From the NCBI GenBank assembly GCA_003542355.1, contig DPKU01000019.1:287-24952 (forward strand): a stretch of DNA of 24,666 nucleotides. The letters run 5' to 3'. The position numbers and the translations under genes were made by a program. The notes below the pieces were generated by a model. That model had not been told where the DNA came from, made no database searches, and saw only the letters and a program-made list of their open reading frames with translations. Below, piece after piece: positions 17,000-24,666 of this stretch. The first letter of the stretch is position 1. Every line of letters starts with the position of its first letter. Source of the DNA: Clostridiales bacterium (GTDB taxonomy: Bacteria; Bacillota; Clostridia; Peptostreptococcales; Anaerovoracaceae).

Positions 17000-18187
17000 A
17001 TGAGAGTTTTAACCGTCATGTCCGGTGTGATCATATCAGCTACAGGCGCCTGGTGCCTGGCCTACTACCGCAGTGCTTTTTCCAGCATTGCATTTATTCT
17101 GGCGATCGCTATGACCCTGTCAGGTGTTTTTTTGATCGGTGCATATCTGGTGTCAGGAAAGAAGCGTTTGCCCGAAACCATCCTCATCGAAGGAATGCTT
17201 ACGCTCATTTTCGGATTCGTGACCCTGAACAACGAAGTGACCGATACGGCGATGGCCATGTTTTTCGGAGCCTGGTTGACTGCAACAGGCCTGATTCGCT
17301 TTACACAGAGTCTTGCAGTGAGTCGTTTTGACCCCAGAAACTGGGCCAAGATCCTGCCTCTTTCGATCCTCAGTTCTATTTTCGGATTCATTATGATGAT
17401 GCACACCCTGGTCTCTGCGATCAACCAATTGACCTTGGTAGGGAGTGCACTGATCCTCAATGGACTGTCTCAACTGGTCTATGCGATGTATATGGTCCGC
17501 CACGAAAACCTGCCTCATACCGAGCAGGTCAGAGAACGAGTGGAGGCCAAACAGGCTGCAGCCGAAGCAAAACGCAAGGAGCGGGATGAACTCCGGCAGT
17601 TGACCCGATCCGAACGGGATATCCGAAAAAGAGAATTAAGAGATGCAGCTGCCGCTCAGGCAGAAGATAAAAAGCGGCTTGCACGAATCGAGAAGCAAAA
17701 GCTGAAGGAAGCGCGAGAAGCGTTACTGGATCCCACAATACAGCTGACTGAAATGGAGATGGCAGAGATTGCCGACGCCATTCAGGAAGACAGCGCTGCC
17801 ATTCCCGCAGTGGAGGCTGACGATGCAATGCCGGAGCAGATCCCGGCCCAAGAAGTGCTCCAGGCACCGGAAACTCCGAAAGAGCCCACCGCCTTTGTTC
17901 GGGAAGAAGCTGACGTCCAGCCGGAAACACCGGAGATGTCCTGGGAAACCCTGATCAAAGAGCCAGCCTGGCAAACACCCGCCTTTCCTCACAAACCGGA
18001 TATCACTGAGATCCTGGAGCGAGAAGTGAAAAAGCCGGAACCGCTTCCGTTTACACCGCTCAGCCTGGAAGAACTGATCGAGCAGGAAAAAGCGAACCCT
18101 GCACAGCGACTCGGCCAGAAAAAGGAAGAAGAGGATCAACGTTTTACCGAGGAGTTCTCCTGGCACTGGCCGCCAAAGGAAGATTGA
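17000..18187 (+). CDS. DUF308/HdeD-like membrane protein with a coiled-coil and acidic disordered C-terminal tail
   Basis: True start is ATG 17000 (RBS GGAGG, own promoter). About six hydrophobic helices in HdeD-like repeats (G.W....G, .I.G.LTLIFG, FFGAWL..TG..R), then about 230 aa rich in E/K/R/A/P. Confidence 0.78.
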   Translation: MRVLTVMSGVIISATGAWCLAYYRSAFSSIAFILAIAMTLSGVFLIGAYLVSGKKRLPETILIEGMLTLIFGFVTLNNEVTDTAMAMFFGAWLTATGLIRFTQSLAVSRFDPRNWAKILPLSILSSIFGFIMMMHTLVSAINQLTLVGSALILNGLSQLVYAMYMVRHENLPHTEQVRERVEAKQAAAEAKRKERDELRQLTRSERDIRKRELRDAAAAQAEDKKRLARIEKQKLKEAREALLDPTIQLTEMEMAEIADAIQEDSAAIPAVEADDAMPEQIPAQEVLQAPETPKEPTAFVREEADVQPETPEMSWETLIKEPAWQTPAFPHKPDITEILEREVKKPEPLPFTPLSLEELIEQEKANPAQRLGQKKEEEDQRFTEEFSWHWPPKED

Positions 18188-18192
18188 CGAGC

Positions 18193-18230
18193 AAAAAAAG
18201 CCGCAGGTTCAGCGTACCTGCGGCTTTTTT
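18193..18230. terminator. Bidirectional intrinsic terminator
   Basis: A7-GCCGCAGGT-loop-ACCTGCGGC-T6 between convergent genes. Confidence 0.92.
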
Positions 18231-18240
18231 ATGCGTAAAA

Positions 18241-19203
18241 TCAACCGGCGTTATCCCGAAAAACCCGGAGAAAGTTTCCGTGATTGATTTGATCCAGTTC
18301 ATCCTCTGTGAAATACATTGCAAGTGCATCCAGGATCCTGGGAAATCCTGCGTAGTCCTCGTACTCGAGAATGCTTCCGTCGATCCCATCCAAATCCGAA
18401 CCCCAGGCAAGAGCCTCGATGCCGGCTTTTTCTCTGATATAAACCATGTGCTTCACGATATTCTCTATGGAAGACAGCGTTGCATAATCTTCCAGGAACG
18501 GCGCACAGAAGTTGATACCAACGATCCCGCCTTTTTCGCCCAGAAGCTTCAACTGTCTGTCCGTCAGATTTCGCTGATGCGAACCGAGGGCTCTGGCGCA
18601 GGAATGACTGGCGATCAATGGCTTGGAGGACCGTTGGATAACATCGTCAAACCCGCCTTCTGTCAGATGAGATACGTCAACGATCATTCCCAGTTCATTC
18701 ATTCTCTCCACAGCCTGGATGCCGAAGGGTTTCAGCTTTTTTGCATGCAGCACGGGATCAGCGCTGTTGGGATATCCAATGCTGTTTTCGTAATTCCAGG
18801 TGAGCGACATCATACGCACGCCGTCAGCGAAAAATTCGTCGATCCGCTCGATACACCCGTCCACGGCTACAGCGTCCTCTACTGTCAGGATGGAAGACAT
18901 GAGACCTTTTGCCTGATTGCTCATAATATCTTTCGCACAGAAAGCCGGAGCGATCAGGTCCGGATTCCCCCCGATCTCCTTCTGGTAGAGTGCGACCATC
19001 TCACGATAAAACTCATACGGAGTGGCTGAAACGCCGCAGCGGTCAGCCGCATCGTGAGAGACGACGAAGATCGCAAAACACTGGGCAAGGCAGCCGCCCT
19101 TTTTCAGCTTTTCCAGATTGATCTGGTATGGCCCGTTTCGCAGTGGCTGTTTTTTCTGATAACATTCCAGGAGCGTGTCGCAATGCATATCGATGATCTT
19201 CAT
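18241..19203 (-). CDS. Membrane/renal dipeptidase family (M19), cytoplasmic
   Basis: DMHCD, LTVED, SLTWN, IVDVSH, IASHS, RNLTD and GSDLDG. Start MKIIDMH with RBS GAAAGGA. Confidence 0.92.
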   Translation of the reverse strand: MKIIDMHCDTLLECYQKKQPLRNGPYQINLEKLKKGGCLAQCFAIFVVSHDAADRCGVSATPYEFYREMVALYQKEIGGNPDLIAPAFCAKDIMSNQAKGLMSSILTVEDAVAVDGCIERIDEFFADGVRMMSLTWNYENSIGYPNSADPVLHAKKLKPFGIQAVERMNELGMIVDVSHLTEGGFDDVIQRSSKPLIASHSCARALGSHQRNLTDRQLKLLGEKGGIVGINFCAPFLEDYATLSSIENIVKHMVYIREKAGIEALAWGSDLDGIDGSILEYEDYAGFPRILDALAMYFTEDELDQINHGNFLRVFRDNAG

Positions 19204-19236
19204 GTATTCGTCCTTTCTTCTTCTTTGATGCAATCT

Positions 19237-19265
19237 ATCATAACGGATCTATACAAAAAAAGCAA
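19237..19265 (-). promoter_or_regulatory. Probable sigmaA promoter of the dipeptidase
   Basis: TTGCTT (19265-19260), 17-nt spacer, TATGAT (19242-19237). Confidence 0.6.
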
Positions 19266-19285
19266 AATCTGCTGTGCATCGGCCA

Positions 19286-20194
19286 TCAGCTCTCCAGACA
19301 ATACCGACTGCACCGCTCGATGAATTCCTTTTCCGGATGCGCCAGTTCCACACGTTTTGACTGAATCCAGCCTACGACGAATTGATAGGGCAGATCACGG
19401 ACCGGGACACACGTCAGCCGATGATCGGTGACGCTGGGTTCAATATATCCCGTCCCTATATTGTAACTGTCGGTGTTGCAGATGATGTTGTTCATGGTCG
19501 CACGCTCCAAAACCTGTATGGACTGCTCGGCTTTGAGAATGATCGCTTCCTCCCGAAAATTCAGTGAATCTGTATCCTGTTCATAACACACATAAGGATA
19601 AGCGGATAATTCGGAGAGCATGACTGCAGTGCGGCCTTCCAGAGGATGTCCCTTCCGGATGAAAGCGTGAGGGCGAAATCGCTTCAATTCATTGAATTCC
19701 AAACCCTTTCCGGCTAGGTATTGCCGCATATATTTTTCGGAGGAGTTGATCAGTGATATGATTCCAAGACTGCTCTGATGTGTATACACGTCTTCGATGA
19801 TCTGATCCGTTTTGCTCTCCCGCAGAAACAGCTCGTACCGGCTGGTATTGTAGGTGTCCATGAAATCGATCATTGCGCGCACGACAAACGTGTAATGCTG
19901 GGAGCTGACGACGACTCTTAAGAATTCCCTGTGGCTTTTTTCGGCAAAACGTCCTTCGATCAGTGTAACCTGATCCAGAAGATCTCTGGCATAGCGGAGC
20001 AATTCCTTCCCTTCCGGCGTAAATTGCAATCTTTTGGAATTGTCCCGGTTAAAGATCCGAATATCAAGATCTGCCTCCAGATCACGAATTGCCTTGGAAA
20101 TCGCCGGCTGGGAGACAAACAGGTTCTTGGCCGCTTTGTTGATGGAGCCGCAGGCACCCACCTCGGCCACATATCGCATCTGCTGGATCGTCAT
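19286..20194 (-). CDS. LysR-family regulator (MtaR/CmbR-like sulfur amino acid subgroup)
   Basis: MTIQQMRYV...GSINKAAKNLFVSQPAISKAIRDLE HTH; SSQHYTFVV...F and ERAT motifs resemble the streptococcal MtaR/CpsY group. Confidence 0.9.
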   Translation of the reverse strand: MTIQQMRYVAEVGACGSINKAAKNLFVSQPAISKAIRDLEADLDIRIFNRDNSKRLQFTPEGKELLRYARDLLDQVTLIEGRFAEKSHREFLRVVVSSQHYTFVVRAMIDFMDTYNTSRYELFLRESKTDQIIEDVYTHQSSLGIISLINSSEKYMRQYLAGKGLEFNELKRFRPHAFIRKGHPLEGRTAVMLSELSAYPYVCYEQDTDSLNFREEAIILKAEQSIQVLERATMNNIICNTDSYNIGTGYIEPSVTDHRLTCVPVRDLPYQFVVGWIQSKRVELAHPEKEFIERCSRYCLES

Positions 20195-20204
20195 CGCACC
20201 ATCC

Positions 20205-20242
20205 TATAATTATTTGTTATATAATTACATAGTATTTATATA
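20205..20242. promoter_or_regulatory. Tandem LysR boxes: TATAA-N7-TTATA (20205-20221) and degenerate TACAT-N7-ATATA (20226-20242)
   Basis: Palindromic T-N11-A sites 21 bp apart. The first is centred about 66 nt upstream of the likely start of the divergent PLP gene (-10 TACAAT at 20267-20272). Confidence 0.62.
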
Positions 20243-20270
20243 TTATACAGTAATGTATCTCTCCTGTACA
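20242..20270 (-). promoter_or_regulatory. Probable lysR promoter
   Basis: TGTACA (20270-20265), 17-nt spacer, TATAAT (20247-20242). Confidence 0.55.
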
Positions 20271-20321
20271 ATGATTGTGTAGAAATAGGTTTCAACACTG
20301 CAGATATATAGGAGGATTACC

Positions 20322-21521
20322 ATGAACGATAAAGGATTCCGGACCAATATCATCCATTCCGGCGAAGTGGATTTTATGAAAAAGGTCATGAGCGGCGTAG
20401 CCGTTCCCAAAGTTGCCCCAATATTTATGAGTTCCGTTTTTTCTTTTGACGATGTGCCGACGCTTGATCGTGTCTATGACGGCACCGCAGACGGATACGT
20501 CTACGCCAGAATGACCAACCCCGGCACCGACGGTGTCTGTGAAGTTCTGGCAGCAGCCGAAGGCTGCGACGGTGCCGTCGCTTTTTCCTCGGGCATGGCA
20601 GCCATCATCACCTCGTTTCTCTCCTTCGTCAAATCCGGAGATCATATCATCTCTTCTCCTGTCCTGTACGGCGGCGTTTACGACTATCTGAAAAATGAGC
20701 TGCCGCGCTTCGGCGTTGAGACCACGTTCGTGGACTTTAAAAAGGAAAATATCGAAGACCACATCCGCCCCAACACCAAGATCATTTACAGTGAATCCAT
20801 CATCAATCCGCTGATGAGCGTACTGGACATCCAAAAAGTTGCGGACATCGCCCACAAACACGGCTGCAAATTTATTCTTGACAGCACGTTCTCCACGCCT
20901 GCAGTTGTCCGGCCCATGGACTTCGGCGTAGACGTCGTCGTCTACAGCACCACAAAATTCCTGGGCGGCCACAGCGACATCATCGGTGGCGCCATCTGTG
21001 CCAACAAGGAAGATCTTCCGATCTTTCATAAAATGAATACACTGTACGGCAACATCATGAGCCCCTTTGACGCCTGGCTGCTTGCCAGAAGCTTAAAGAC
21101 GCTGGAAATGAGAGTAAAGCTGCACAGCGAAAACGCGCTGAAAGTCGCTGAATTCTTTGAAAAGCATCCGAAGATCGAAAAAGTCTATTATGCAGGACTT
21201 CCGTCTTCTCCTTACTATCAGCTGGCTCAGGAGCAATTTGTGGAAGGCCGCTGCGGTGGCATGCTCTCCGCTGACATCCGTGGAGGAGAAAAAGGCGCCA
21301 GCGATTTTATCGCTGCCTGCGAATCCATTAAATTCGTTCCCAGCCTGGCAGGTGTAAGCACGACGATCTCTTATCCTGCAAAGACCTCTCACAGGGCCTA
21401 CTCCAAAGCAGAAATGGATGCCGCCGGCATTTCCATGGGACAGCTGCGCTTCTCCATCGGCCTGGAAAATGCCGAAGATATCATCGCAGAATTCGAGAAA
21501 GCGTTGGAATCTGTGGAATAA
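20322..21521 (+). CDS. PLP-dependent trans-sulfuration enzyme (Cys/Met metabolism: cystathionine gamma-synthase/lyase or methionine gamma-lyase family)
   Basis: YAR..NP, FSSGMAAI, DSTFSTP, YSTTKFLGGHSD (PLP lysine), MSPFDAWL, SLAGV and LRFSIGLE; RBS GGAGG. Confidence 0.93.
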   Translation: MNDKGFRTNIIHSGEVDFMKKVMSGVAVPKVAPIFMSSVFSFDDVPTLDRVYDGTADGYVYARMTNPGTDGVCEVLAAAEGCDGAVAFSSGMAAIITSFLSFVKSGDHIISSPVLYGGVYDYLKNELPRFGVETTFVDFKKENIEDHIRPNTKIIYSESIINPLMSVLDIQKVADIAHKHGCKFILDSTFSTPAVVRPMDFGVDVVVYSTTKFLGGHSDIIGGAICANKEDLPIFHKMNTLYGNIMSPFDAWLLARSLKTLEMRVKLHSENALKVAEFFEKHPKIEKVYYAGLPSSPYYQLAQEQFVEGRCGGMLSADIRGGEKGASDFIAACESIKFVPSLAGVSTTISYPAKTSHRAYSKAEMDAAGISMGQLRFSIGLENAEDIIAEFEKALESVE

Positions 21522-21541
21522 CGAACCCAACCGGAACGAGT

Positions 21542-21567
21542 AAAGCCCGCCATCACGGCGGGCTTTT
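21542..21567. terminator. Bidirectional intrinsic terminator
   Basis: AAAGCCCGCC-ATCAC-GGCGGGCTTTT between convergent genes. Confidence 0.88.
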
Positions 21568-21597
21568 GATTGTTTCCCAATATGCGGCATCAGTCGA

Positions 21598-22302
21598 TCA
21601 TTCGACGTGCGCTCCGGCGCTGTTGAGATAGCGCTTTGTAAAGGGGCAGTTCGCAAAACAGATGCCGCAGATCGTCGCATCCGGTACGCCAAAATTTTCG
21701 TCCGACAACCGGTTGGCTGTTTCCTCGCAAGCTTTCATTCGGAACATGTCGTCCCGATCCGACTCCGGGCACCAATGATTTCCGAGTATCGCCTGAGCCG
21801 GACAGACCAGCCGACAGATCTCACAATCCCCGCACAAAGGGGCCACCTGTCGACTGGCCGTTTCCAACGGCGCATCTGTCAGCACAGAAGATAGCCGGAC
21901 CGCACCGCCGTACTGAGGCGTGATCAGCAGATTGCTCTTTCCGATCCAACCCAAAGCGCTGCGCACCGCCACGGTTTTGTGGGGAAGCTGCGTCCTGTTT
22001 TCGGGCAGCTTGACCACGTTTTCCGTGGTGTTCGCAAGAGCCTTATAGCCAGCGGCCATCAAATAATCTGCAGCTGTAGATGCTAAATCATTCAATCTGG
22101 CATTGATATCATGATATGCTTTGTAATAGTCGGCAGTTGGCCCGTCTTCGATCTCCCCTGCAATCGGCTTCGGCAATTTGATGCCGATGGAGATCCCGCA
22201 GGGGAAACCTGCCTCTTTTACTTCAGAAAGATCCCCAAATCCAACGAGATCTGCGCCTTGGGCCAGGAGCAATTCTCTGATCTGTGTCGTAATGCTTTTC
22301 AT
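21598..22302 (-). CDS. Short QueG/reductive-dehalogenase-like 2x[4Fe-4S] protein
   Basis: GADLVGF, LPHKTVAV...LGWIGKSNLLITP.YG..VRL..VLTD, CGDCEICRLVCPAQAI and C...CGICFANCP. Confidence 0.82.
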   Translation of the reverse strand: MKSITTQIRELLLAQGADLVGFGDLSEVKEAGFPCGISIGIKLPKPIAGEIEDGPTADYYKAYHDINARLNDLASTAADYLMAAGYKALANTTENVVKLPENRTQLPHKTVAVRSALGWIGKSNLLITPQYGGAVRLSSVLTDAPLETASRQVAPLCGDCEICRLVCPAQAILGNHWCPESDRDDMFRMKACEETANRLSDENFGVPDATICGICFANCPFTKRYLNSAGAHVE

Positions 22303-22851
22303 TCAACCCTGCCATTTCTCATGATACACGATCTCATCCAGGCTCTTGCGGGGACGCGCTGCCGGAGTTTCATCTGCGTATCCGATCACCAGAACCGCCA
22401 CCACGTACTTATCTTCCGGAATTTCCAGGACCTGCCGGATCTCATTCTGAGTATACCAAGCGATCCAGCAGCTGGAAAGCCCCAACGCCTCTGCCTGAAG
22501 GACGATGTGCTCCCCCTGGATGGATACGTCCCGGATGCATTGCTTCAATTCTAACTGCGGACTTTGCTCATCCAGGGTCAGTTCCCCGGAGGGGATGCGC
22601 GCCCGTATATCTGCGACACAGGCAATAAAGAGCGGCGCCTGCTTCATCCATTTCTGATCATGGCTGACTTGCGCTACCTGGGTCCGCATTTTGTCGTCCC
22701 GAATAACGATGAACCGGCCGGACTGGGTGTTGCTCCCCGTCGGAGCCAACCTGGCCGCTTCCAGCAGAAGCGTCAGTTTCTCTTCTTCTACAGGAGCATC
22801 TTTATACCGTCGCACACTCCTGCGTTGTTGTATGGCCTTTTGAACTTCCAT
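22303..22851 (-). CDS. Nitroreductase-family flavoprotein
   Basis: RRSVRRY, AARLAPTGSNTQ, LQAEALGLSSCW and IGYADE..RPRK; RBS GGGAGGA. Confidence 0.93.
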   Translation of the reverse strand: MEVQKAIQQRRSVRRYKDAPVEEEKLTLLLEAARLAPTGSNTQSGRFIVIRDDKMRTQVAQVSHDQKWMKQAPLFIACVADIRARIPSGELTLDEQSPQLELKQCIRDVSIQGEHIVLQAEALGLSSCWIAWYTQNEIRQVLEIPEDKYVVAVLVIGYADETPAARPRKSLDEIVYHEKWQG

Positions 22852-23407
22852 TGTGATTTTCCTCCCATTCTTCCTTCAATAATCCATAGTAACACCGACT
22901 CTTTAGGCTGTCCACATGCCACTCGTACGCTCTTCGCACGCCTTCCGGCCGCATTCCGCATCGCTCCATTACTCGGGCAGATCTTGTATTTTTCTGAATG
23001 CAGGTCCCATCGATCCGATAAACACCGTCCCGGGTAAACGCATACTCCATCAACGCACCGAGCGCTTCGCGCACATAGCCTTTGCCCCAGTATTCCGGAT
23101 CTGTAAAATATCCGATCTCCACCCGTTTTCCGGCCGGGCTCTCTTCAGAGACCGTATAACCAATACCACCTACATATGACCCTTCTCTGGTTTGAATGAC
23201 CAGATAGATCTTGCTCCGGGCAGGCTCTGCGATTGCCAGAATCGCCTGCCGAAGATTTTCCCGGGATTCCGCAAGCGAATGCGTGAACACATCCTGAATG
23301 TAGTACATGATATCCGGGTCGGAGATCAGTGTGTGATGATGATGCAGATCCGACCATTCATATTCTCTCAAGAACAACCTCGGCGTCTCGATCCGAATCC
23401 CTTTCAT
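22802..23407 (-). CDS. GNAT acetyltransferase (RimJ/RimL type)
   Basis: IETPRLFLRE, EIGY...PEYWGKGY..EAL and N..S.RVMERCGM..EG; start MKGIRI with RBS CAGGAGGA. Confidence 0.9.
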   Translation of the reverse strand: MKGIRIETPRLFLREYEWSDLHHHHTLISDPDIMYYIQDVFTHSLAESRENLRQAILAIAEPARSKIYLVIQTREGSYVGGIGYTVSEESPAGKRVEIGYFTDPEYWGKGYVREALGALMEYAFTRDGVYRIDGTCIQKNTRSARVMERCGMRPEGVRRAYEWHVDSLKSRCYYGLLKEEWEENHNGSSKGHTTTQECATV

Positions 23408-23439
23408 GAAATCCTCCTGCCCCTGCTGCAGCAAAATAT

Positions 23440-24444
23440 TTACTCAGCCGTTTCCAAAAATCGTCCGATCTCCGCCCAGAACACTCCGTCCGTCATTCGG
23501 GAGAACAGTTCAAGGCCCAGATCCGTCCCGCCGGGGCCGTTGCAGAATACGCAGCCGCCGTCGCCTGTGGACAGATCGATCACCGCAAAGCTTCGATACC
23601 CTCCGTTATCGCCCCAATGCCATACAGCAGAGGGGTCCTTGGATGGAATCCCCAGCCCCAGGCCCCAGGATACACCATCGTCCGCTTTGTTCTGAGGGCT
23701 TCGCATTTCCCGGAACAAGGACTCCGACAAGTGTCCCTGATGATGGAAAAGCTCCAACAGAAATTCGCTGAAATCCCGTGCGCCGGAATACAGCGACCAG
23801 GCGGCATTGGGTTCCGGCGCATTGCCGGCCAGATCCACATGATCCCGCAGAGGAAGCATAGCGCCTTTTTCGTTGAACTTGCAGCTCATTCGCTTCCCAA
23901 CGGAAGGATCCCAGATCGCTGCGCTGTTTTCCATTCCCAGCGGTGTAAAGAATTCATCCATCATGTGATCCACAAAGGATTTTCCGGTCACCTTTTCCAC
24001 GATCTTCTGAAGATAGTAATACCCTTCCCCCGAATAGCTGAATCCTTTGCCGGGCTCGAACAAAAACGCCAGGGGCTTATCAGCCCAATTGGGCAGTCCG
24101 GCACCATGGGAGAGGATCTGCCGAATGGTCACTTGGCGGATCCTGTCGTCGTCTGTGACCCGGATCCCCTGTGCCAGTTCAGCAACGGGCTTGTCCAGCG
24201 AAAAAATGCCGCGATCCACCAGTCGCAGAACCAGTGTGGCAAACAAGGTCTTCGTCAGGGAGGCGGCTTCGAACATGGTATCCGGCGTCATGCTTTCGCC
24301 CGTTTCCGTATTTTTCACCCCAAAGGCGATGGTTTCTTCGGCAGTACCGCACCGGATCAGGCGGCAGGTGATACCTGGCACCTGATATTTGGCTGACAGC
24401 GCCTTAAGCACCTGTGGGTCGATACAGTTTTCAATAAGTCTCAT
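23440..24444 (-). CDS. Cytoplasmic serine hydrolase, beta-lactamase/AmpC fold
   Basis: SxxK (ASLTK), LSHGAG, FSYSGEGY and WHWGDNGG; no signal peptide. Confidence 0.9.
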   Translation of the reverse strand: MRLIENCIDPQVLKALSAKYQVPGITCRLIRCGTAEETIAFGVKNTETGESMTPDTMFEAASLTKTLFATLVLRLVDRGIFSLDKPVAELAQGIRVTDDDRIRQVTIRQILSHGAGLPNWADKPLAFLFEPGKGFSYSGEGYYYLQKIVEKVTGKSFVDHMMDEFFTPLGMENSAAIWDPSVGKRMSCKFNEKGAMLPLRDHVDLAGNAPEPNAAWSLYSGARDFSEFLLELFHHQGHLSESLFREMRSPQNKADDGVSWGLGLGIPSKDPSAVWHWGDNGGYRSFAVIDLSTGDGGCVFCNGPGGTDLGLELFSRMTDGVFWAEIGRFLETAE

Positions 24445-24462
24445 ACTTGCTCCGTTTCGTTC

Positions 24463-24666
24463 TTATCGTTCTTCGTATTCAATCTCGTCCTGACGTCCGT
24501 CGGAGATGCCCAAATCGTTGCCCAGCAGCCCGCCGGATACGACGGCATACCTCCCGAACTTCTTTCGAATGCTGTCCAGCGTTTCTTCCACGGCACGATC
24601 CTGTGCTTCCGATGGTTCCTTCATTGTGTCGAAGCTGAGCTGCTCGTCGGTCTGCTCATCAGACAG
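24463..24666 (-). CDS. dinB: C-terminus of a probable Y-family DNA polymerase IV (DinB); partial
   Basis: Absent from the ORF track; hand translation gives ...LSDEQTDEQLSFDTMKEPSEAQDRAVEETLDSIRKKFGRYAVVSGGLLG...EER*. Has a QLSF clamp-binding motif and the D.IR.KFG..AV tail typical of DinB. Confidence 0.72.
   Translation of the reverse strand: MSDEQTDEQLSFDTMKEPSEAQDRAVEETLDSIRKKFGRYAVVSGGLLGNDLGISDGRQDEIEYEER

Noticed and set aside
23440-24444. Beta-lactam resistance gene
   Set aside because: It has no signal peptide and carries YSG/HWG motif variants. This fold is mostly esterases and peptidases, so resistance is unsupported.
1-24666. CRISPR arrays, tRNA/rRNA genes, IS ends, tandem repeats, Sec/Pyl read-through
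   Set aside because: None seen by eye. All genes end at family-appropriate lengths without internal stops or frameshifts.

Overview
Compact, intact chromosomal backbone of an anaerobic Firmicute (Clostridia-like, inferred from the T-box, sigmaA promoters, rubrerythrin/superoxide reductase, AddA and gpmI). It holds about 25 CDS, two of them cut by the window edges. I see no rRNA, tRNA, CRISPR array, IS/phage gene or recognisable defence system. Left to right: a Trp-specifier T-box driving an ABC substrate-binding lipoprotein; a perR-rbr-dfx oxidative-stress operon; a TGS-fused nucleoside kinase-psuK-psuG pseudouridine salvage operon; an AlkA-like glycosylase; a YdbC/PC4 ssDNA-binding protein; a small uridine-kinase-like P-loop protein; an addA-DJ-1-PHP operon with no adjacent addB; gpmI; a pair of FAD oxidoreductases (HI0933 and COG2509 types); a DUF308 membrane protein with a long charged tail; an M19 dipeptidase; a LysR regulator divergent from a PLP trans-sulfuration enzyme; and a dinB-serine hydrolase-GNAT-nitroreductase-QueG-like operon. 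No clearly new system is provable from the sequence alone. The best leads are the extended pseudouridine operon, the orphan addA operon and the five-gene dinB/QueG-like operon. Family assignments come from recognised motifs; no database searches were run.
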